A DNA stretch of 64,000 nt from NCBI GenBank assembly GCA_035308445.1, contig DATGGQ010000011.1:23902-87901 (forward strand). The letters are read 5' to 3'. Origin of the DNA: Candidatus Limnocylindrales bacterium. Its GTDB lineage: Bacteria > Chloroflexota > Limnocylindria > Limnocylindrales > CSP1-4. The first letter of the stretch is position 1; each line of letters opens with the position of its first letter. This document shows positions 41,815-51,520 of this stretch, piece by piece. The translations under genes and the position numbers were made by a program. Below the pieces are notes generated by a model that was given only the letters and a program-made list of their open reading frames with translations, was not told the origin of the DNA and searched no databases.

Positions 41815-41911
41815 TGGCGGGAGCGCGTGGGAGTCGAACCCACCGCGCGACGCCAAGCGCCGCGCCACTCGTTTTGAAGACGAGGGAGCCCACCGGGACC
41901 CCTCCGCTCCC
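41815..41911 (-). tRNA. selC: tRNA-Sec (anticodon UCA)
   Basis: Reverse strand reads GGGAGCGGAGGGGTCCCGGTGGGCTCCCTCGTCTTCAAAACGAG...GGTGGGTTCGACTCCCACGCGCTCCCGCCA. T-arm GTGGG/TTCGACT/CCCAC, anticodon loop CU-UCA-AA, long variable arm, encoded CCA, ~97 nt. Exact 5' end and acceptor pairing need tRNAscan-SE. Confidence 0.8.
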
Positions 41912-41929
41912 GGTTCGAATGGTGCACCT

Positions 41930-43024
41930 ATGATCCGGCTCGTGGTGCAGACGCGAGAGCGGATTCGCCTCACCGAGCTGACCGAATGCGGCGGTTGCGC
42001 CGCGAAGCTCGGGGCCGACGTGCTCGAGGAGGCGCTCGCCGGGCTCGCCGTGGCCGGCGGCGGGCAACGTCCGGCCGAGCTGATCGCCGGTCTCGATCCG
42101 CCCGATGACGCCGCAGTCCACCTCGTCGCGCCGGACGTCGCGGTGATCGGGACCCTCGACTTCTTCCCGCCGATCGTCGACGACCCGTTCACCTACGGCG
42201 AGATCGCCGCGGCCAACGCCCTCTCCGATGTCTTCGCGATGGGCGGTCGGGTGCTGTTCGCGCTATCCGTCGCGGCCATGCCCGAGGATCTGCCGGTGGC
42301 GTCGTTCCGGGCCATCCTCGACGGAGCCGCCTCGGTCGTCCGCGAGGCGGGCGGGATCCTGGCCGGCGGCCACACGATCCGCGACCCCGAGCCGAAGTAC
42401 GGGCTCGCGGTCGTCGGTGTGGCTCACCCGGATCGGCTGCTCCGCAAGGGCGGCGCCCAGCCGGGCGATCGCCTCGTGCTGACCAAGGCGCTCGGAACCG
42501 GGCTCCTGGTCAGCGGCCATCGCCAGGGAAAGGCCTCCGACGCGGACCTCGATGGCGCCATCGTTGCGATGCGGGCCCTGAATCGCGAGGCCGCCGACGT
42601 CCTCGTCTCGCACGACGTCCGGGGCGCCACCGACGTGACCGGCTTCGGCCTCCTCGGCCACGGGCTCGAGATGGCCCGGGCGTCCGGCACGGCATTCGTC
42701 TTCGAGGCCACGGCGTTGCCCGCCCTGCCCGGCGCGCTCGACGCTGCTCGAGCGGGCGTCGAGACCGGCGGGGCCGCCCACAACCGCCGGTTCGTCGCCG
42801 GGTCCCTGACGGTCGGGCTCGACCTTCCGCCGGAGCTCGTCACGCTGGCCCACGATCCCCAGACCTCGGGCGGGCTGCTCGCGTCGATCCCGCCGAGCCA
42901 GGTCGAATTCGTCGATGCGGCGCTCTCCGCCGCCGGCGTCGACCACTGGTGGATCGGCCACGTGGAAGCCGCCGCCGAGCCCTCGCTCCGGCTCGCATCG
43001 CCCCGCCGAAGGCCCGCGGCGTAG
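41930..43024 (+). CDS. selD: selenide, water dikinase (selenophosphate synthetase), Cys-type
   Basis: LTELTECGGCAAKLG N-terminal motif (Cys, not Sec), AIR-synthase-like fold, 365 aa. C-terminal part of track ORF 41444..43024. Confidence 0.9.
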   Translation: MIRLVVQTRERIRLTELTECGGCAAKLGADVLEEALAGLAVAGGGQRPAELIAGLDPPDDAAVHLVAPDVAVIGTLDFFPPIVDDPFTYGEIAAANALSDVFAMGGRVLFALSVAAMPEDLPVASFRAILDGAASVVREAGGILAGGHTIRDPEPKYGLAVVGVAHPDRLLRKGGAQPGDRLVLTKALGTGLLVSGHRQGKASDADLDGAIVAMRALNREAADVLVSHDVRGATDVTGFGLLGHGLEMARASGTAFVFEATALPALPGALDAARAGVETGGAAHNRRFVAGSLTVGLDLPPELVTLAHDPQTSGGLLASIPPSQVEFVDAALSAAGVDHWWIGHVEAAAEPSLRLASPRRRPAA

Positions 43025-43085
43025 ACTCGGGCGACCGGCCCAGATCGGGTCGGCGATGAGCCACTGCTGACGCGCGGAGGATCCG

Positions 43086-45026
43086 TTGCCGAAGTCGTAC
43101 GTTTGTCTGACCCAGCCCCTCGTGCGAGACACGAAGGGCGGCGAGCTCCGTCCCGCGACGTGGGACGAGGCGCTCGACCGGACCGTCGCGGGACTCCGGG
43201 CCGCGCTCGCGAAGCGTCGCGAGGGCGAGCCGGTCCCGATCGGGATTTTCAGCTGCTCGAAGGCGACGAACGAGGTCAACTTCGCGGCGCAGAAGCTTTC
43301 CCGGCAGGTCCTGGGCAGCAACAACATCGACAGCTGCAACCGCACCTGACACGCCCCTTCTGTCGCCGGTCTGGCGACCGTGTTCGGGGCCGGTGGCGGC
43401 ACCAGCTCATATCGCGAGGCTGAAGAGACCGATCTGATCGTGCTCTGGGGCTCGAACGCCCGGGAGACCCATCCGATCTTCTTCCACCACCTCCTGCGCG
43501 GCGTCCGCAACGGCGCCCGGCTGTTCGCGGTCGACCCGCGCCGGACGTCCTCGGCCGAGTGGGCCGATTCGTGGCTCGGGCTCGATGTCGGCAGCGACAT
43601 CTCGCTGGCCAACGGGATCGCCCGGGAGATCATCCACGCCGGCCTCGCGAACCGCGAGTTCATCGGGCGGGCCACCGACCACTACGAGGACTACGCAGCG
43701 ACGGTCGAGGCCTACCCGCTCGACCGCGTCGAGCAGGATACCGGCGTGCCGGCAGCCGCCATCCGCGAGCTCGCGCACGCCTACGCCTCGGCCGACCGGG
43801 CGATGATCTGCTGGACGCTGGGCATCACCGAGCACCACAACGCGGTCGACAACGTCCTCGCGCTCATCGACCTCGCGCTGCTGACAGGCCATGTGGGGAA
43901 GTACGGATCGGGCCTGAACCCGCTCCGCGGCCAGAACAACGTCCAGGGCGGCGGCGACATGGGCGCCCTGCCCGACCGCCTGCCGGGCTTCCAGCACGTC
44001 GAGAACGACGCGCTCCGGCAGCGCTGCGAGATTGTCTGGGGCTGCGACCTGCCGGCGAAGCGCGGCTGGCACCTGTCCGGCATGTTCGAGGCGATGGATC
44101 GCGGCGACCTGACCGCGCTCTACGTCATCGGCGAGAACCCGCTCCAGTCCGAGGCCGACCGGCACATCACCGAGCGGCGCCTCCGGGGCCTCGACTTCAT
44201 GGTGGTCCAGGACATCGTCATGACGGCCACCGCCGAGATCGCCGACGTCGTCCTGCCGGCCGCCGCGGGCTGGGCCGAGTCGGAGGGCACCGTTACGAAC
44301 TCCGAGCGACGCGTCCAGCGGGTGCGCAAGGCCCTCGAGCCGCCGGGCGACGCCCGCGACGACCTCTGGATCATCTACGAGCTCGCCCGGCGGATGGGCA
44401 AGGACTGGGGCGAGGCCTCGGCCGAGCACACCTGGAACGAGGTCCGGGTCATCTCGCCAGTCCACCGCGGGATGACGTACAGGCGCCTCGAGGAGCTCGG
44501 CGGCATCCAGTGGCCGTGCTACGACGAGGACCACCCCGGTGAGCTGTTCCTCCATTCCCGGCTGCAGGAGAACCCCGTGCCCGGGCTGCGGGCGCCGTTC
44601 GTGCCGGTCGAGCACGATCCGCCGGTCGACACGCTCACCGACGAGTTCCCGATGCGGCTGACGACGGGTCGCCGGCTCGACTCCTACAACACCGGCGTCC
44701 AGACCGGCTCGTTCCGCTCGCCGATGCGCCGCGGCGAGACGCTCGACCTCTCGCCCGAGGACATCGAGCGGCTGGGCCTGACCGAAGGCGAGCGGGTCCG
44801 GATCAGCTCACGTCGCGGCCAGGTCGAGGCGCCGGTGCGCGCCGACTCGGGGCTGCGGCCCGGCCTCGCGTTCATGACGCTGCACTTCCAAGACGACGTC
44901 GCCACCAACCTCCTGACGATCGACGCCACGGACCCGAAGTCCGGCACGGCCGAGTTCAAGGCAACGGCGATCCGCGTCGAGAGGCTCGAGACCGCCGAGC
45001 AGCCCGAGGCGCCCGTCCCGGCCTAG
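43086..45026 (+). CDS. fdhA: formate dehydrogenase alpha subunit, molybdopterin (MopB) portion, selenocysteine-containing (UGA at 43347-43349)
   Basis: ORFs 43086..43349 and 43380..45026 are in the same frame. The TGA lies in NIDSCNRT-U-HAPSVAGL, matching the Sec position of E. coli FdhF (CARVUHGPSVA). Protein starts at LTQPLVR (just after the Mo-site 4Fe-4S region) and lacks the N-terminal Fe-S domains. TTG start with GGAGGA upstream. Confidence 0.85.
43363..43379 (+). promoter_or_regulatory. SECIS-like hairpin downstream of the fdhA UGA
   Basis: GTCGCC-GGTCT-GGCGAC: perfect 6-bp stem, apical loop containing GGUC, starting 13 nt after the UGA. Confidence 0.5.
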
Positions 45027-45046
45027 GGGCGAGGCGCCTCGGGCTG

Positions 45047-45469
45047 TCAGCCCAGCGCGCCGACCTGGGCGAGGAACGCCGGCGTCTCGAAGTAGACCCG
45101 GCCCCGCACGACCTTCCCGTCCTCGAGGTCGTAGGCGACCGCGAGCGGGACCCTGACCTCCTTGCCCGTCGCGGGCACACCGGCGAACTCGCCCGTGTGG
45201 CGGCCCACGAAGTCCCACTCCCCGACGGCCCGCCCCTCGCCGACGAGGAGCCGCTCGTTGATCGCCTCGGCGTGGAAGGCCTGCTGGTGGAAGTAGGTGA
45301 GCATCGCCGCGATCGCGGCCGGGCCGCGGAACTCCTGGCCCGTCGCCATGACCGTGAAGCACACGTCCGGGGCCATGATCTCGAGGTCGCTGTGGCCGGA
45401 CTCGAGGTAGCGGCTGATCGTCGCTCGCGTCTCGTCGACGCTCATCGTCCGCATCGTCGTCGCCGTCAT
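45047..45469 (-). CDS. SnoaL-like / NTF2-fold protein
   Basis: ~140 aa, MSVDETRATISRYLE pattern typical of SnoaL/ketosteroid-isomerase-like proteins. AGGGAGG RBS 7 nt upstream of chosen ATG. Confidence 0.6.
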   Translation of the reverse strand: MTATTMRTMSVDETRATISRYLESGHSDLEIMAPDVCFTVMATGQEFRGPAAIAAMLTYFHQQAFHAEAINERLLVGEGRAVGEWDFVGRHTGEFAGVPATGKEVRVPLAVAYDLEDGKVVRGRVYFETPAFLAQVGALG

Positions 45470-45573
45470 CGGGGTTCCTCCCTTCACGTCGTGGGGGCCG
45501 GTGGCGGCCCGCTGGGTGCAATGTCGCCACCGCGCGTTCCCGCGCCGTTCCCGCTGCGGTACGGTGTCGGCCG

Positions 45574-48500
45574 TTGGGAAGAGAGATGGCCGCGGGGAAG
45601 CTTCGGGCGCGCCTGCTCGGTGGCTTCGAGCTCGGCGTCGGCGACGGGGTGGTCGCGGCGTCGGCGTTCGAGCGCCCGTCGGGCCTCCGACTGCTCAAGC
45701 TCCTCCTCGTCACGCCCGGCCATCGTCTCCGGCGCGAGGAGGCGGCCGAGCTGCTCTGGCCCGACGCCGACCCGGAGCGGAGCGGCGCGAACCTGCGGAA
45801 GGCGATCCACTTCGCCCGCCGCGGCCTCGCGTCGGCACACCCGGGAGCGGAGGCGATCGTCGATGCCGACGGCCGGGAGGTGTGGCTCGATCGTGATCGG
45901 CTCGAGGTGATCGACGCCGACGAGCTTGCCGGCGCGATCGGCAGGGTCGAGGCTCGCCAGCGCGCCGGCGACGACCGCCTCGGCTCCGCCCTCGCGATCC
46001 TCGCCCGGTCCGGCGGCGAGACGCTGCTGCCCGCCGACCCGTACGAGCCCTGGCTCGAGCCCGCCCGGGAGGGCCTCCGCCAGCGCGCCCTCGAGGCGCT
46101 CGTCGTCGGAGCGGAGGCCGCCCGCGCTTCCGCGGATCGGGCCTCGGCGCTCGCCCTGGCCGGTCGAGCCCTGGCCCTGGAGCCGGCCGAGGAGCGGGCC
46201 CATCGGCTGCTCATCGAGCTCCACCTCGACGCCGGCGAGCTCCACGCCGCCCGGCGGCAGCTGCAGTCCTGCCGGCAGGCCGTCGCCGAGGCGTATGGCG
46301 TCGAGCCGGACCCGGCGCTGGCGACGCTCATCGCCGAGGCCACGGCAAGCCGGCCGAAGGCCGAGCGCGGCCCGATCGAGGCGCCGATCGTCGGACGCCG
46401 CGCGGAGCTCGAGCGAGCCCGGGCCGCGATCGACGGGGTGGCCGCCGGCGCACGCGCCGGCGCGATCCTGATCCGGGGCCAGGCCGGGATCGGCAAGTCG
46501 CGGGTGCTCCGCGAGGTCGTCGCCGAGGTGCGAGCCGCGGGCTGGTCCGTGCTCGAGCTGCGGGGCCTGGAGGACGCCGTGAGCGCACCGTTCGCTCCGG
46601 TGGCCCAGGCGATCGTCGCCGGGCTGGATGGCGATCTCGGGCTCGTTCCCGAGCCGGCCCGGAGCGCGATTCGCTTCGCCGATCCCACAGCCTCGGCGGC
46701 CGCGCCGGCCGTCGCGTTCGGCTCGGACGCTCCGGTCCAGCGGGGCCTGCTCGATGCGCTCGCCGAGGTCGGCCCCCGTGAGGTGCCCATCGCGCTGGCC
46801 GTCGACGATGCGCAATGGCTCGACCGGGCCAGCCTCGAGCTGCTCGAGGCCGCGATCGGCGGTTCCGCCGCGCGATCCGGCCTCGTCGTCGTGACGGTTC
46901 GGGACGAGCCGTCGCTCGTCAGCGGTCCCGTGAGCGTCGTCCTGGCAGCCGTCGAGCGAACGGGCGGCACCGATGTCAGGCTCGGTCCACTGGCCGAGGC
47001 CGAGATCCGCGACGTCATCGAACGGGATGTCGCGGGCGGACCGATCGCCGACGACCTCGCCGCCGCGATCGGCCAGCTCTCGGCGGGCGCGCCGCTGTTC
47101 GCCGCGGACCTGTTCCGTTCGGCGCGGGAGACCGCCCTCGTCGAAGAGCGGGACGGTCGCTGGTCGTTCCGGCGGGGCGTCACGTCCCTCCAGGTCCCCG
47201 AGAGCATCGTTCGCCTCGTCGACCGCCGCATCTCCCGGATGGGCCCGGTCCAACGGCTCATCCTGGCCACGGCCGCCGAGCTCGGCGACGTCGTGGCCTT
47301 CGATGATCTCGTCGAGACGGGCTCTGGCCCGGACGAGGTCCTCGACGCCGTCGACGCCGCGCTAGCCGCAGGGCTCGTCGTCGAGCGCGAGGGTCGTTAC
47401 GCCTTCGCCCACCCGCTGTACCGGGCGGCGCTGCGCCGCGGCCTCCCGCCGCGTGACCGGGCGTCGGTTCACCGGCGGATCGCGATCATGCTGTCGGCCG
47501 GGATCGACCCGCACGATCCCGACGCCGTTGCGCGCGCAGCGGCACGTGGGGTCGACGTGGCGGCCGTCGCCGGCCATGCGGCCAGCGCCGTCGAGCTGGG
47601 CACCCGCGCGGCCGCGCCGCTGGCGGTCGGCTTCGGAATCGGCGCGGGGATTCGGCAGGCCTACCTGTTCGATTTCCCGGCCGCCGTCACGACCCTCCAG
47701 CGCGCGCTCCGCCTGTGGGCTCGCCAACCGGAGGCCGACCGAGCGGCCATCTCGATCTCCCCGGCCTACGTCGAACTGGGCCAGGCGCTTCGACGGACGG
47801 GCGACGACACCGGCGCCGCGGCGGCGTTCCAGGCGGCGATGGACGCGGCCCGGGACGACGACGAGCTCGCGACGGCCGCGTCGGCCGCGGCCTGGCTGCC
47901 CTACGAGCACGGGCGGTTCCGGTCCGCTCTCGCGATCCTCGACGCGGTCGGATCCCGGCTGGCCAACCCCTTGGCCCGTGCCCAGGTCGACTCGGCGCGG
48001 GGCTGGATCATCGGCCGCGACGGCCACTGGACGGAGGCCGCGGCGATCCTGCAATCAGCCGTCCGTACCCTCGACGGCCGTGGGCCCAGCGTCGACCTGA
48101 TGCGCGCCCTCGATCGGCTCGCGATCGCCTATCGCGACAGCGGCGCGTCGCATCCCGCCGCGTCCATCCCGATCCTCGAGCGGGCGATCCACATGGCCGT
48201 CGAGCTCGGCCGGACGGGCGAGCGCGCCGCCTACGAGATGCACCTCGGCGGTGCGTTCCGCGACATCGGCCGGACGGACGATGCCGTCGCCGCGCTGGAT
48301 CGAGCGCGTGGCCTCGCCCGCCTCACCGGCGAGCTGTACATCGAAAGCGTCGTCGAGTGGATGTCCGCCGAGGCTGAGGAGACCCGCGGCGATCCCCGCG
48401 CCGCGATCGCCCACCGGCGGCGCGAGCTGGAGATCTTCACGGGGATTGGCGGCAACCCGCGGCACGAGGCGCTCGCCCACGCCCACATCGCCCACCTCGC

Positions 48501-48651
48501 TCGACGATTGGGCGACGATCAGCTGGCGAGGACGGAGGCCGAGCTGGCCCGTGTCGGGGCGCGACATTCCGGGATCGACGGGCTCGAGGCCCGGATCGAA
48601 TGGGCCCTCTCGACCGAGGATTGGTTCGCGTCGCCCGAAGACGTCGCCTGA
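45574..48651 (+). CDS. AfsR/SARP-family transcriptional regulator (OmpR-type winged helix + BTAD + NB-ARC ATPase + TPR)
   Basis: LRARLLGGFEL...LLKLLLV...AELLWPD (SARP DNA-binding), BTAD block, Walker A GQAGIGKSR, Walker B LAVDDAQWLD, long TPR-like C-terminus. 1025 aa. Confidence 0.8.
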   Translation: MGREMAAGKLRARLLGGFELGVGDGVVAASAFERPSGLRLLKLLLVTPGHRLRREEAAELLWPDADPERSGANLRKAIHFARRGLASAHPGAEAIVDADGREVWLDRDRLEVIDADELAGAIGRVEARQRAGDDRLGSALAILARSGGETLLPADPYEPWLEPAREGLRQRALEALVVGAEAARASADRASALALAGRALALEPAEERAHRLLIELHLDAGELHAARRQLQSCRQAVAEAYGVEPDPALATLIAEATASRPKAERGPIEAPIVGRRAELERARAAIDGVAAGARAGAILIRGQAGIGKSRVLREVVAEVRAAGWSVLELRGLEDAVSAPFAPVAQAIVAGLDGDLGLVPEPARSAIRFADPTASAAAPAVAFGSDAPVQRGLLDALAEVGPREVPIALAVDDAQWLDRASLELLEAAIGGSAARSGLVVVTVRDEPSLVSGPVSVVLAAVERTGGTDVRLGPLAEAEIRDVIERDVAGGPIADDLAAAIGQLSAGAPLFAADLFRSARETALVEERDGRWSFRRGVTSLQVPESIVRLVDRRISRMGPVQRLILATAAELGDVVAFDDLVETGSGPDEVLDAVDAALAAGLVVEREGRYAFAHPLYRAALRRGLPPRDRASVHRRIAIMLSAGIDPHDPDAVARAAARGVDVAAVAGHAASAVELGTRAAAPLAVGFGIGAGIRQAYLFDFPAAVTTLQRALRLWARQPEADRAAISISPAYVELGQALRRTGDDTGAAAAFQAAMDAARDDDELATAASAAAWLPYEHGRFRSALAILDAVGSRLANPLARAQVDSARGWIIGRDGHWTEAAAILQSAVRTLDGRGPSVDLMRALDRLAIAYRDSGASHPAASIPILERAIHMAVELGRTGERAAYEMHLGGAFRDIGRTDDAVAALDRARGLARLTGELYIESVVEWMSAEAEETRGDPRAAIAHRRRELEIFTGIGGNPRHEALAHAHIAHLARRLGDDQLARTEAELARVGARHSGIDGLEARIEWALSTEDWFASPEDVA

Positions 48652-48739
48652 CCCCGGGCTGACGGTCACGCCGGTCGGCACCGTCCGGCCCTGTTCCGAC
48701 GGGATGGCCGGCACGACCATCCCTGGCGGAGGTAGTGCC

Positions 48740-49540
48740 ATGTTCAAGCGACTCTTCGTGACCGGCGCCGCGATCGGCGCCGCATCGGCCTGGGCCGGCT
48801 TCGTCGCGGCTCGAACGATCTGGCGGCAATGGGGCATCGAGCCCGCCGAGCAGACCATCGCCCTGCCGGGAGACGACCTCGTCCCGGCGGCCGGCGCCGT
48901 CGAGACACGCGGGATCGACATCGCCGCACCGCCATCGGCCGTGTGGCCGTGGCTCGTGCAGATGGGCTATGGGCGGGCCGGCTGGTACAGCTATGACGGG
49001 CTCGACATCGACAAGCCGAGCCTCGATCGGATCGTGCCCGAGCTCCAGTCCATCGAGGTCGGGAACGTCATGCCCACGCATCCCGGTGGCGGGTTCGTCG
49101 TGAAGGTCGTCGAGCCCGAGCACGCGCTGGTCGTCTACAACGACCGGGCGACGGTCGAGGCCCAGGCCGCCACGTCCCGCGGCGCCTCGGGAGGCGGGAT
49201 CGAGGCCGCGTCGCCGAACGTCCGGGTCACGGGCGCCTACCTCGACAGGGCCGTCCCGGGCGAGTTCGAGGCGAGCTGGGCGTTCGTCATCGAGCCGACC
49301 GCGACCGGAACCCGTCTGGTCGAGCGCTTCCGGGCCCGGATGGAGCCGCCGAAGCGTCCGTCCGGCCAGCCGTTCAGCATCCCGGGATTCGCGTTCTCGC
49401 TCCTGGGCTTCGGCGTGTTCGTGATGGTCCGGCGCCAGATGCTCGGCATCCGCGATCGCGCCGAAGGCCGGCCGATCCGGCCGTCCATCCTGTTCCGGAC
49501 CGCTCGGCCGATGGGTCGGGCGGCCATTCGCCCGGCCTGA
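48740..49540 (+). CDS. SRPBCC-family (polyketide cyclase/dehydrase-like) protein with N-terminal TM/signal
   Basis: GGAGG RBS. N-terminal hydrophobic segment followed by a ~150-aa START/Bet v1-like region (WPWLVQMGYGRAGWYSYD). C-terminal part of track ORF 48251..49540. Confidence 0.6.
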   Translation: MFKRLFVTGAAIGAASAWAGFVAARTIWRQWGIEPAEQTIALPGDDLVPAAGAVETRGIDIAAPPSAVWPWLVQMGYGRAGWYSYDGLDIDKPSLDRIVPELQSIEVGNVMPTHPGGGFVVKVVEPEHALVVYNDRATVEAQAATSRGASGGGIEAASPNVRVTGAYLDRAVPGEFEASWAFVIEPTATGTRLVERFRARMEPPKRPSGQPFSIPGFAFSLLGFGVFVMVRRQMLGIRDRAEGRPIRPSILFRTARPMGRAAIRPA

Positions 49541-49603
49541 CCCCGTCCGCTTCCGCTCGGCGGCCGGCTGGCGTGGCCGGCCGCCGATCTACACTCGGCG
49601 CCA

Positions 49604-51520
49604 ATGGACCTGCACGTCGTGGGGCCGCTGGCCTCCCCGGCCGAGCGTGCCGCCGTCGATGCGATCGTCGGGCCGGCGACATCGGGCTGGCAGGGTGGCG
49701 CCCGGGACCCCATGACCGAGGGCCACGCCGTCCACGGCGGGCACGAGGCCCGCGCTCGACGCGACCTCCTCCTCCCCGCCCTCCACGCCCTCCAGGACCG
49801 GATCGGGTTCATCAGCCAGCCGGGGCTCAACTACGTTTGCCGGCGCCTGACCGTGCCGCCCGCCGAGGCCTACGGCGTGGCGACGTTCTACGCCCTGCTC
49901 TCGACGACGCCGCGGCCACCGACCGTCGCCCACGTCTGCGACGACATCGCGTGCCGGCTCGCGGGGGCCGAGGACGTGATCTCGGACGTCGAGCGGGCCC
50001 TCGGCCCAACGGGCTCCCCAGGTCGCGATGGTCGAACGACCTGGCTCCGGAGCCCGTGCCTCGGCCTGTGCGAGCGGGCGCCCGCGGCGATGGTCACGCG
50101 CTCGGGCGAGCGGCCGCGACGCGAGGCGTTCGGCCCCGTGGACGTGGCGGCCATCCTGGGCCACCTTGAGGTCGGCGATGTCGAGGCCGGCAGCGCGGTC
50201 GGCGGCGGCTGGCGGACGGCGGCTCGCGAATCCGTCCCGCAGGTCGGGCAGTCGGAGCTCCGGCTGCTGGCCAGGGTCGGCAGCGTCGACCCGACCTCGC
50301 TCGACGCCTATGTCGCGGCCGGCGGGTATCGGGCGCTTCGCAACGCCCTGGCGATGGGCCGCGACGCGACGATCCACGAGGTGACCGACTCGAAGCTCGT
50401 CGGGCGCGGCGGGGCCGCGTTTCCCACCGGGCGCAAGTGGTCGGCGGTCGCGGCACAGCCGGCCGAGCCGCACTACGCGGTCTGCAACGCCGACGAGTCG
50501 GAGCCGGGCACGTTCAAGGACCGGATCCTCATGGAGCTCGACCCGTTCGCGGTGGTCGAGTCGATGACGATCGAGGGCTACGCCACGGGGGCCGCGAAGG
50601 GCTACCTCTACATCCGCGGGGAGTACCCGCTCGCCGAGGGCCGGATGCTCGCCGCGATCGCGGCGGCCCGGGCGGCCGGCTACCTCGGGCCGGCGCTTGG
50701 CGCCCGCCTCGGCGCAGCCGGGGGCGAACCCTTCGACTTCGACATCGAGGTTCGGCGCGGCGCCGGCGCCTACATCTGCGGCGAGGAGACGGCGCTGTTC
50801 GAATCGATCGAGGGCCGGCGCGGCGAACCGCGCAACAAGCCACCGTTCCCGGTCGAGTTCGGGCTGTTCGGCAAGCCGACCGTCATCAACAACGTCGAGA
50901 CGCTGGCCAACGTCCTGCTCATCCTCGGTGATGGCGACGGGGTCGGCGGCGGGGCACGCTTCGCCGGGTCCGGCACCGACGGCTCGACCGGGCCGAAGCT
51001 CTTCTGCCTCTCCGGCAACGTGGCCCGGCCGGGGCTCTACGAGGTCCAGTTCGGCACGACCCTCCGTCAGCTGCTCGAGCTGGGTGGCGGCGTCCCCGGC
51101 CGGCAGTCGATCCGGGCGATCCTGCTCGGCGGCGCCGCCGGCGTGTTCGTCGGACCCGAGACGCTCGACACGCCCCTGACCTTCGAGGGCACCCGGGCGA
51201 TCGGGGCGACGCTCGGCTCGGGCGTCGTGATGGTCTTCGACGAGACCGCGGACATGGTCGGCACACTGCGGCGGATCGCCGCGTTCTTCCGCGACGAGTC
51301 ATGCGGCCAGTGCGTTCCCTGTCGGGTGGGCACGGTTCGCCAGGAGGAGCTCCTGGCGCGTCTCGCGGACGGCACCGCGGTCCGATCTCGCGAGGCGGAG
51401 CTCCAGCTCCTCGCCGACATCGGCCGGGCGATGCGCGACGCGAGCATCTGCGGCCTCGGCCAGACCGCGTCGTCGGCCATCGAGTCCGCCCTCCGGCAGC
51501 CGGAGCTGGTCGCGACATGA
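49604..51520 (+). CDS. fdsB: NAD-dependent formate dehydrogenase diaphorase subunit, NuoE-like/NuoF-like fusion (FdsG-FdsB)
   Basis: N-terminal thioredoxin-like 2Fe-2S domain (VCDDIACRL...LGLCERAP). C-terminal NuoF-like domain with FMN/NADH motifs (GRGGAAFPTGRKW, CNADESEPGTFKDR) and 4Fe-4S (ESCGQCVPCRVG). Confidence 0.85.
   Translation: MDLHVVGPLASPAERAAVDAIVGPATSGWQGGARDPMTEGHAVHGGHEARARRDLLLPALHALQDRIGFISQPGLNYVCRRLTVPPAEAYGVATFYALLSTTPRPPTVAHVCDDIACRLAGAEDVISDVERALGPTGSPGRDGRTTWLRSPCLGLCERAPAAMVTRSGERPRREAFGPVDVAAILGHLEVGDVEAGSAVGGGWRTAARESVPQVGQSELRLLARVGSVDPTSLDAYVAAGGYRALRNALAMGRDATIHEVTDSKLVGRGGAAFPTGRKWSAVAAQPAEPHYAVCNADESEPGTFKDRILMELDPFAVVESMTIEGYATGAAKGYLYIRGEYPLAEGRMLAAIAAARAAGYLGPALGARLGAAGGEPFDFDIEVRRGAGAYICGEETALFESIEGRRGEPRNKPPFPVEFGLFGKPTVINNVETLANVLLILGDGDGVGGGARFAGSGTDGSTGPKLFCLSGNVARPGLYEVQFGTTLRQLLELGGGVPGRQSIRAILLGGAAGVFVGPETLDTPLTFEGTRAIGATLGSGVVMVFDETADMVGTLRRIAAFFRDESCGQCVPCRVGTVRQEELLARLADGTAVRSREAELQLLADIGRAMRDASICGLGQTASSAIESALRQPELVAT

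Noticed and set aside
38545-41877. 1110-aa plus-strand ORF
   Set aside because: Antisense to selB and selA (both with unmistakable motifs); extreme Arg/Gly/Asp low complexity.
41444-43024. 526-aa plus ORF taken as a single gene
   Set aside because: Only the segment from 41930 is SelD; the upstream part overlaps selA and tRNA-Sec in antisense.
44808-47270. 820-aa minus-strand ORF
   Set aside because: Antisense to the SARP regulator and fdhA; Ser/Arg/Ala-rich low complexity.
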